A DNA stretch of 64,000 nucleotides from Branchiostoma belcheri (taxonomy: Eukaryota): positions 8,155,655 through 8,219,654 of the forward strand of contig NW_017803490.1 of assembly GCF_001625305.1 (NCBI RefSeq), written 5' to 3'. Shown piece by piece: positions 1 to 8,585 of the stretch. The position numbers were made by a program, and so were the translations under genes. Each line of letters starts with the position of its first letter. Position 1 is the first letter of the stretch. The notes under the pieces were generated by a model. The model saw only the letters and a program-made list of their open reading frames with translations, was not told where the DNA came from and searched no databases.

Positions 1-2307
1 GATTCTCAGAACCTCTGCATGCCCACTCCAAGCTGCCCACCACATTGGAGTCCTTCCATCACCATCTTCCTTGTACACGTCAGCCCAAGCATATAGCAAG
101 AAGCTCACGACCTCTGCATGTCCCCTCTCAGCTGCTACCGATAGTGGAGTCCTTCCCATGCGGTCTGTCTCGTCCTTGTTCACCACTGTTATTGGTAAGT
201 GGCTCAACCACTCTACACTTCCAATCTCAGCTGCCAAATGCAGTAAAGTCTTCCCCATACCACTAGCTCTCTCTCTGGATCTTGCAGTGTTTTCCCCTGC
301 TCCAGGGTCTGCCCCTTTCTGCAGCAGGAGTTTGACGATGTTAGAATGCCCGCCCGTCACTGCATCACAGAATGGTGTTTCTCCCTCGGAGTTCTCTGTG
401 TTCACCTGTACACCTGCCTGTAGCAGGGTCTTCACCTTGTCTTCATCACCTGTCCAGGCTGTTATCCTTAACAGCGCATCTCTCCAGGCGTCTCTCAGTT
501 CCTCGTAGGTTTGTGTGGATGTCTCGTTGTCTTCAGGAACATCTGTGTCTGTCTTGTGTCCCTCTCCTAACACTTTATCTGTCTGTGTTGTCTGCTCACA
601 AGTTTCTGACAACACATCTTCTTCAAGCTGTTCCATTGACCGGACATCCCCCTGCGAAGGGCCATGGTACCCAATTTTCTCATATTCTGTAAGTCTGTAA
701 GTTACCTGGCCACTGTCCAGTGCTTTGACACATTCGTCAGTTTCTGAAGTTGGCCACATTTTGGCAATTTTCAGCCCTTTCCTTAGAACTTTGTGTCGTT
801 TGAAAACTTTGATAATAGCGGCCCTGCTCAAGTCTTTGTTAGCGTTGTAGAATTCTGAAAGATCCTCCATTGCCTTCTGTTCTAATTGCTGAGCACCTGA
901 CACAAGCTCCTCCTTAACAGAGTCTTCGATCTTTAGGTAGGAGAACCTCATACGCATTTCTTTAGCAAGCTTTCGGCTTTGTACAGCATTTAGTGCGAAT
1001 TCTAAACGTCTTACACCACGTCTTGCAGAAGATTTCACTTTCCTTACAGTATCAGTTGGTTTCGCACTTTTCTCGTTTTCATCTCTCCAGTCGTCTCTCA
1101 GTTCCTCGTAGGTTTGTGTAGACTCCTCGGAGTCTTCACCTGTTTCCTGCATTTCTGACAACACAAAGACGTCCATAGTTTCCTCCACTATCTCTGACAC
1201 TTCTTCTTCAAGCTCTTCCATTGTCAGAATTTTCACTTCTAAGGGACAGTTGAGCCCAATGTTTTCAAACCCTTTCTTTACGTCAGCAGCCAGCTTGCCA
1301 CTTTCTTGGTCCCTGTTTAATTCTCTGATGCTTTCGTCTGTTTTGGGAAACATCTGTACACAGATTGAAGATGACCAATAGTCACCTAATTCGTTATCTT
1401 TATTATAATGTTTCTCGATAATTTCCACGCACAGGTTGAGACTATCATCGTCAAGTTTGCTCCCATCAGATGTTTCAATGATAATGTAGATGCATTTCTC
1501 ACCCCTTTGATTTGCACGCTGCATGCTTTTAACAGAACATTTTACAAATTTCAAGTCACTTGAATAGTCTTTTCTTTTATGACGCTTTCCTTTTTTTGTT
1601 TTCTTTACCGTTTTCGTCTTGATTTTCTTGCCTTTAGATGATTCAGATGCCTGTGATGAGCCTGCGGCAGATGGAACTTGAACAAAAAATGTCGTATTAT
1701 CCAACGTGCTTTGCTTTGGTTGTGGGCTTAGAGATCTCAAGCTACCAGTTGAAGTACCTGATGATGGTGGGGTCTCAGCAGGCTGACTCTTATCGGTGGT
1801 ATTTTGTGCTAGACCTGAACTAGAGACCTCAATAGATGTACCTTGTAGTGACAGCTCCTTGACATCTACATTTAGACAGTCACTCTCTTCTGTAGAGTCT
1901 TGTTTAGGCGGTGAACTCTGGACTCCTGCAGAAATATTCGATAATGAAGGCGTCACCGTCTCAACAGCTTGACTGTTTTCAGTGATGTCTGTGTTGAGTT
2001 GTGTATCCTGTAGGTCTGGGTACATGGCTCTCAGTCTATCCACGAGGTCTTGCCTTTTTATCCTCTTTAAAGCATGCAGTAGCTCCTGTACTGTCGCCTG
2101 CTTTCCTTCTTGTTGCCTCCATTTTTCCAGCATGGTACGGTTCCGCCATATCAGGTGAGTTGTCGGACTCTTAGTAACCATTTCCTCAACAATATTGTAC
2201 TTCAGTCCTAATTTAAAGCCAAGATCGATCCAGTCATCCCCCAGATTTGACTGTACGATGTCAAAAGCTGTGTCCAACTCTGCTCCTACATCACCTCCAA
2301 CCGCCAT
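1..2307 (-). CDS. Gene A. A death domain (DD) / ankyrin-repeat (ANK) protein. Single exon, 3' end truncated by the window edge. It appears to be a mosaic carrying both subtypes of the middle module. It continues through the acidic tract into ANK repeats.
   Basis: The ATG at 2307 sits in the same 'caagATGGCGG' context as paralogues B, D and E. The reverse-strand translation begins MAVGGDVGAELDTAFDIVQSNLGDDWIDLGFKLGLKYN. Nucleotide similarity to genes B and D (1100-2300) and to gene C (700-1100) is high. The ANK consensus 'TPL..AA..GH..VV..L...GAD' is seen in the reverse translation of 1-500. The ORF track does not list it because no stop lies inside the window. The frame was checked only by eye. 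Confidence 0.55.
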   Translation of the reverse strand, partial: MAVGGDVGAELDTAFDIVQSNLGDDWIDLGFKLGLKYNIVEEMVTKSPTTHLIWRNRTMLEKWRQQEGKQATVQELLHALKRIKRQDLVDRLRAMYPDLQDTQLNTDITENSQAVETVTPSLSNISAGVQSSPPKQDSTEESDCLNVDVKELSLQGTSIEVSSSGLAQNTTDKSQPAETPPSSGTSTGSLRSLSPQPKQSTLDNTTFFVQVPSAAGSSQASESSKGKKIKTKTVKKTKKGKRHKRKDYSSDLKFVKCSVKSMQRANQRGEKCIYIIIETSDGSKLDDDSLNLCVEIIEKHYNKDNELGDYWSSSICVQMFPKTDESIRELNRDQESGKLAADVKKGFENIGLNCPLEVKILTMEELEEEVSEIVEETMDVFVLSEMQETGEDSEESTQTYEELRDDWRDENEKSAKPTDTVRKVKSSARRGVRRLEFALNAVQSRKLAKEMRMRFSYLKIEDSVKEELVSGAQQLEQKAMEDLSEFYNANKDLSRAAIIKVFKRHKVLRKGLKIAKMWPTSETDECVKALDSGQVTYRLTEYEKIGYHGPSQGDVRSMEQLEEDVLSETCEQTTQTDKVLGEGHKTDTDVPEDNETSTQTYEELRDAWRDALLRITAWTGDEDKVKTLLQAGVQVNTENSEGETPFCDAVTGGHSNIVKLLLQKGADPGAGENTARSRERASGMGKTLLHLAAEIGSVEWLSHLPITVVNKDETDRMGRTPLSVAAERGHAEVVSFLLYAWADVYKEDGDGRTPMWWAAWSGHAEVLRI

Positions 2308-3779
2308 CTTGCTGTGGGTTGGTAGTGAAATATATTCCTACTTGTTAGCTCAGTTTAGGTTGTTTGTCCAGTAAAAGCCACCACTGAGAGCCGGCCCTGA
2401 GTTAAAGATTGCCATTTAGCCTTTTCTACGTTCTGAAAAAGCACCTCAATTACAAAAGACCCCTGTCTAATTCGAAACAAATCACTCACACACAGCCAAG
2501 ACTGAATGGTTTAGAAAACATCACACCTGCCACTACTGATAAAGAAAACATTTCTTCAAAGATTTATGTTTTTATAAATATTGTAAGATCTACTTTGAGA
2601 CTCATAATACCGCTACTAACCTCACAACTGACAAATTAAAACACGATAAACTTAAATAGATATATTCATGCAGCATCGATAATTTCTTATGTAGGTACAC
2701 CTTCGATAATCATGTGGGTATTCAAGACTTTCACATGGAGTCTTTGATCACCACACATTCTACAATGATGAAGACAAATGTTTATGGTCTCTTGTTAGGG
2801 CAGGTGAGAGTCTTGTGGGTAGAGCAAATAACCACTGGCCACAAATGATATGGAACAGTGTGTGTCCAGTTTCCCTGTTTTTTTTTGTGTCCTGAGATAT
2901 TTCGGGCCCTCTCAACCATGCAACAGCATGTTGTAAAGAGGTATATATTGACGTTCAAGATTCTTCCCGGCAGCGTTATGTGACCTACTTCCTTGTAGCA
3001 TTTTGACAGTGTCTTAGAAGTATGATAGTCTGTTATAAAAATGCCCAGAAAACATACATCATGAATGGCAATCTACAGTACGGATAGTACGTAACTGGGA
3101 AAATAATGGGTTGCTCTTTTGGCAAAACACGTTTTGCTCTATATGAGTCAAGATCACCAAGAAGTCTTAAAACATTACAAGTGTACGAAATCATTATACA
3201 GAAGCAAAGTTTAACATTTTGATCTACAAATGTAGGTCCTTGGATGCTATGCTTTCTTAGTTACCTTCTTAGTAATCTTAGCATTTATAGAGCAAAAGAG
3301 TCCAAAGCTAGGTTATGCCAATGTTTGAGCCTGTTGGAAGTGGATACAGATGGTTATCTGTTGCCAGGCAAGTGCGCCACTGGTGCTAACAAAGACGTGT
3401 TGAGGTCTGAATGGCAAGCTACATTGGAGACATGTACAAAAGCGCGTGCTACAATGGTGAAGGCTTCCTTAAAGCTGCCCGATTGTATAAGGAAACGTAA
3501 CAAAATGAGAATTTAAGGCTCGAATCCTTTTAAGTAGAAGTTTTTCATTTAAACTAACAGATGAGCTTTTGATAATAAGGGAATGCTTTTGATTGTATCA
3601 AGAGCCCACAACTGACCAGTTTAAATGGTCTGGGCCTTGCTGTTAGTGCGTTGGGTTCGTGAGCTGGTGACCTGGGTTTGAGGATACAAAAACATACGCA
3701 TGTTGGACAAAGGAGCTTTTTAACCTCCTAGGTTGGACTGACATGGTCTTAACTTTGTGTGGAAGTTTTTGCGGACGTC

Positions 3780-4100
3780 TTTGCCATTACATTGGGGCTG
3801 ATTACATTGCCTAACTCGGTAACTCTACTGGTTACAGAGTAAGGCAGCAGGGAGAAGGTTAACCTTTAGCACACTGATGTAGTGATTTGGCTACCATTTC
3901 TCTACTGGTTACAGAGTTAGGCAGAAGGGAGGTTAACCTTTAGCACACTGAAGTTACTACTGCCATTTGGTGACGTCTTTGCCAGTACATTGGGGCTGAT
4001 AACATTGCCTAACTCTGTACTGGTCTCAGAGTTAGGCAGCAGGTAGAAGATTAACCATTATAGCACACTTAAGTAGCCATTTGGGGACAACCAAGGTGCA
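3780..4100 (-). repeat. Tandemly amplified SINE-tail repeat. About 60-bp units ('ctactggttacagagttaggcagcagggagaaggttaacctttagcacactgaagtagccatttgg'), roughly 5 copies.
   Basis: Visible periodicity. Homologous to 7380-7860. Confidence 0.7.
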
Positions 4101-4199
4101 CTAGCCAGTAATTTAACAGTACTTTAATCCTTCTTGTTACATTTGTGTGTTTCTTGTATAAAGATACACACAAGATTATATATCTTTGTCCCTCTTAGT

Positions 4200-4238
<39 letters not shown>

Positions 4239-4943
4239 TGAGTTGTCCCTCTTACATCATATAAACTATAGCTAGGCAAGGAGAAACCAAATATTTGCAC
4301 TAAACAAACTTTGCGGTTAACCGTACCACGTTAGCTTTCACTGAGTGTCTAGATTTACTTCTTTACAAAAGACCGAGGTCACTGACCTGTACATAACAAA
4401 GAAATAAGTCACTAAAGTCTTGAAACTAAATAAGTCAAGGTGTCCCGATACCTTTGTCGCGATAACAGGTGATATGCCCAGGGGTATCGATGCCTTTTAG
4501 TGTTTTTGTGTAGTAAGTGAAAAGTCATTGGAGGCAAGCATTAATTTCCGAAATCAAAATTTAATATTAAGTTTTTCTAGTTGTACATAAAGTGCTTGAT
4601 ATGATTCCTGTAAGACTTTGCTCTTCACTCTGGTCAGGGGCAACAAAAAATTGTCCCCAAATGTATAGCCTCTACCAGACTCCTTTAAAGGCTCAATGAA
4701 TAGTGAAAATTAGCCTAAAAGGGGATATCATTGGCCAGAGGCCTTTTAGGTCAAAGGAGTCTGGTGGAGACTAACAAATGCAAGTCTCTGACATTGTTTC
4801 TCATTGACATGTGCAACAGGACTAAATCTGCCAACTAATATTATCGTTCAGTTGTAGTATTCCATTCTGGAATCCATTTAATGCAGAAATTGAGTAAGTC
4901 TCAAACTCCAGCATAGTTCAAATATCAGAGTGTTAGTACCAGG

Positions 4944-7028
4944 TTATATCTTTTTAACCCGGGCTTCCTCAATCACCTTTGCAACATCACTGTGTTTTGT
5001 TTCTACGGCAGCTTGATATGGAGTCTTGCTACTTTTGTCTGGTATAGATATATCTGCCCCTGCTTCGATAAGTACTTTCACAACTTCCATGTTTCCATAG
5101 AATGCTGCTATCCACAATGGTGTTTTTTTATCCAAGTCTGTCTTGTTCAAGTCTGCCCCCGCTTGGGTCAAGATGCTCACAATCTCTGCATGTCCTCTGT
5201 CAGCAGCAAACCACAGTGGAGTCATTCCCATATCATCTACCTTGTTTAAGTCTGCTCCCGCTTGCACCAAGATGCTCACGACCTCTGCATGTCCTTTCTC
5301 AGCCGCCACTGATAGTGGAGTCGTTCCCTCCTTGTCTGCCTTGTTCAAGTCAGCCCCCGCTTGAATCAAGGTTCTCATGGTCTCTGCGTGTCCTTGCTCA
5401 GCTGCTAAAAACAAGGCAGTTGTTCCCCTGCTGTTCGTCCTGTTTAGATCCGCATCTGCTTCTGTCAGGATGCTCACCATCTCTGCATTACCACTCTGAG
5501 CCGCCAACTGCAGTACAGACTTCCCCATACCACTTTCTGTGTTTGCACTGTCTGTGTTTGCCCCTGCTCCAGGGTCTGCCCCTTTCTGCAGCAGGAGTTT
5601 GACGATGCTAGAATGTCCGCCCCTCATTGCATCCCAGAGTGGTGTTTCTCCCTCAGAGTTCTCTGTGTTCACCTGTACACCTGCCTGTAGCAAGGTCTTC
5701 ACCTTGTCTTCATCACCTGTCCAGGCTGTTATCCTTAACAGCGCATCTCTCCAGGTGTCTCTCAGTTCCTCGTAGGTTTGTGTAGACTCTTCACCTGTTT
5801 CCTGCGTTTGTGTACACTCCTCAGAGTGTTCACCTGTTTCCTTCATTTCTGACAACACAAAGGCATCCATAGCTTCCTCCACTATCTCTGCCACCTCTTC
5901 TTCAAGCTGTTCTGTTGACAGAACGTCCACCTCTAAGGGACAGTTGAGCCCAATGTTCTCAAACTCTGCCTGTAAGTCAGCTGCCAGCTTGCCACTTTCT
6001 TGGTAATCATTTAATTCACTGATGCTTTCATCAGTCTTGGGAAACATCTGTATACAAATTGAAGATGACCACATTTTGCCAATTTCGAAACCTTTACATT
6101 GTTTAATGATGAATTCCTTGCACAAGTCTAGACTACTATCATCAATTTGTAAAATGGTATCGAAAATTTCCTCCCGAGCAGACGATTCTACCACAAGATA
6201 GTAGCATTTCCTAAGCATTTCCCTTGCAAGTTGCATGCTACTAACTGCATTCAGTACGAATTTCGGGTCGCTCGAATGTCTGTCACTTTGTTGACTCTGT
6301 TTTCCTTTAGTGATCTTCTTTGTTTTCTTAACTGTTTTCTTCTTGACTTTCTTGTTTTCTTTGCCTATAGGTGATTCAGATGCCTGCGATGAGCTTGTGG
6401 CAGTAGATGGAACTGATGTGGTGTTTTCCAAAGCGCTTTCCTTTCGCTTCTGGCTTAGGACACCAGTTGAAGTATCTGATAATGGTGGGGTCTCAACAGA
6501 CTGACTGTTATCGGTGGTATTTTGTGCTAGACCTGAACTAGAGACCTCATTAGACATACCTGATAGTGACAGTTTCTTCAAATCTACATTTAGACAGTCA
6601 CTCTCTTCTGCAGAGTCATGTTTAGGCTGTGAACTCTGGACAGAAATATCCGAAAATGGAGGGGCCACTGTCTCAACATCTTGACTTTGTGCAATAGTTT
6701 CTGTGTTGAGCTGTGAAGCATCATCCTGTAGATCTTGGTATAGCTTGTCTTTCAGCCTATCCACAAGGTCTTGTCTTTTTATCTCCTTTAAAGCGGCCAG
6801 TAGTTTCACCACTGTCGCCTGCTTTCCTTCTTGTTGCCTCCACTTTTCCAGCATCGTACGGTTCCGCCATATCAGATGAATTGTCTGACTCTTAGTAACC
6901 ATTTCCTCGACAATGTTGTACTTCAGTCCTAATTTAAAGCCAAGATCGATCCAGTCATCCCCCAGATTTGACTGTACAATGTCAAAAGCTGCGTCCAACT
7001 CTGCTCCTACATCACCTCCAACCGCCAT
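4944..7028 (-). CDS. Gene B. A 694-aa single-exon protein: N-terminal death domain, S/T-rich and lysine-rich linker, conserved unknown module, acidic tract, then about 7-8 C-terminal ankyrin repeats.
   Basis: Uninterrupted ORF in the six-frame track. DD-like N-terminus (…LDAAFDIVQSNLGDDWIDLGFKLGLKYNIVEEMV…IHLIWRNRTMLEKWRQQEGKQATVVKLLAALKEIKRQDLVDRLKDK). ANK repeats (GETPLWDAMRGGHSSIVKLLLQKGADPG…, TPLSVAAEKGHAEVVSILVQAGADLNK…). Confidence 0.85.
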   Translation of the reverse strand: MAVGGDVGAELDAAFDIVQSNLGDDWIDLGFKLGLKYNIVEEMVTKSQTIHLIWRNRTMLEKWRQQEGKQATVVKLLAALKEIKRQDLVDRLKDKLYQDLQDDASQLNTETIAQSQDVETVAPPFSDISVQSSQPKHDSAEESDCLNVDLKKLSLSGMSNEVSSSGLAQNTTDNSQSVETPPLSDTSTGVLSQKRKESALENTTSVPSTATSSSQASESPIGKENKKVKKKTVKKTKKITKGKQSQQSDRHSSDPKFVLNAVSSMQLAREMLRKCYYLVVESSAREEIFDTILQIDDSSLDLCKEFIIKQCKGFEIGKMWSSSICIQMFPKTDESISELNDYQESGKLAADLQAEFENIGLNCPLEVDVLSTEQLEEEVAEIVEEAMDAFVLSEMKETGEHSEECTQTQETGEESTQTYEELRDTWRDALLRITAWTGDEDKVKTLLQAGVQVNTENSEGETPLWDAMRGGHSSIVKLLLQKGADPGAGANTDSANTESGMGKSVLQLAAQSGNAEMVSILTEADADLNRTNSRGTTALFLAAEQGHAETMRTLIQAGADLNKADKEGTTPLSVAAEKGHAEVVSILVQAGADLNKVDDMGMTPLWFAADRGHAEIVSILTQAGADLNKTDLDKKTPLWIAAFYGNMEVVKVLIEAGADISIPDKSSKTPYQAAVETKHSDVAKVIEEARVKKI

Positions 7029-7379
7029 CTTGCTGTAGTGTGGTATAGAAGCGTAAAATGGTAGCTAATAATTGCCCTTTGTCCAGCTGCATGTGACACA
7101 TTCCTTTGGGCAAAAACATGTCAATCATGTGAGTTGAAGTTGTTTGGTTTATAGTTACGGTAAACTGAGTTTACTGTGCCCTTCTTGATGTATTTACACA
7201 AGACTCTTTAAACTTTGCCGACTGCACGTCACTCACATACTTGCACAGATAGCGTTTTCAGAGCACGTCAGCAGAACGTACTGCGTCTGCGCGAAACCCT
7301 GATTTTTGGTTGGATGTTTGGTCAACGTTGCACCAGAATTTCGTCTGTTGCAGACGGGGGTCCCACCAATTCTCCATTG

Positions 7380-7860
7380 GTTTCAGGGTTAGGCAGCAGG
7401 GAGAAGGTTAACCTTTAGCACACTGAAGTAGCCATTTGGGGACCAACTCTCTACTGGTTATAGAGTTAGGCAGCAGGGAGAAGGTTAACCTTTAGTACAC
7501 TAATGTAGCCATTTGGCGACCAATTCTCTATTGGTTACAGGGTTAGGCAGCAGGGAGAAAAGGTTAACTTTTAGCACACTGAAGTAGCCAATTGGGGACC
7601 AACTCTCTACTGGTTACAGAGTTAGGCAGCAGGGACAAGATTAACCATTATAGCACACTGAAGTAGCCATTTGGAGACCAATTCTACTGGTTACAGAGCT
7701 AGGCAGCATCGGGCAGGATTCGAACCCTGAACCTCTGGGGTCTGAATTTGAGCCGAACACTCTACCATTACGCCACACGACCCCACTGATGGGAGAAGGT
7801 TAACCTTAAGCACACTGAAGTAGCCATTTGGGGACAACCAAGGTGCACTAGCCAGTAATT
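7380..7860 (-). mobile_element. tRNA-derived SINE (tRNA-like head at about 7700-7790, minus strand) with a tandemly amplified 60-bp tail repeat, about 6 units.
   Basis: The minus strand reads GGGGTCGTGTGGCGTAATGGTAGAGTG…GGTTCGAATCCTGCCCGATGCTGCC, with tRNA-like D and TΨC regions. The 60-bp repeats flank it. Confidence 0.65.
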
Positions 7861-8585
7861 TAACAGTACGTGAATCCTTCTTGTTAAATTTCTGGTGAAA
7901 TCTTGTGTGTTACTTGTATAAAGATACACACAAGATTTTATATATCTTTGTTCCTCTTACAGTTAGAGAGAGGGAGAGTGAGTTGTCCCTCTTACAGTAT
8001 ATAAACTAGGCAAGGAGAAACCAAATATTTGCACTAAACACACTTTGCGGTTAACCGTGCCATGTCTAAGCTTTTAATGAGTGTCTCAAATTACTTCTTC
8101 ACAAAAAACCGAGGTCATTGGCCTGAACATAACAAACAAATAAGTCATTTAAGTCTTGAAAGTAAAGAAGTCAGGGTATCCCGATACCTTTGTCTCGGTA
8201 ACAGGTGATATGCCCAGGGGTATCGAGGCCTTTTTAGTGTTTTTGTCTAGTAGAGTAAGTGAAAAGTCATTGGAGGCAAGCATTAATTTCTGAAATCAAA
8301 ATTTAATGGTAAGCTTTTCTAGTTGTACATAATGTGCTCAATTTCATGATTTCTGTGACTCGTTTGAGACTTTGCTCTTCGCTCTGAAATTACCCAAAAC
8401 ATTGACAAGCAAGAAGACTAAATGTCCGATTCTGTAGATCATCAAATCGCAATTCATAAGTGAATGGCCTGCCAACTAATTTACCTTACAGATGTAGTAT
8501 TCCATTCCGCAATGCAGATATCAATTAATTTTCAAACTACAGCATTGTCCAATTCTCTGTTAGTATCAGTTTCCTTCATGTCTTT

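Noticed and set aside
7700-7790. tRNA-like sequences as functional tRNA genes. A similar one lies at 15650-15735.
   Set aside because: The acceptor and D stems do not pair properly. They are embedded in SINE bodies with conserved tails, so they are SINE heads or tRNA pseudogenes.
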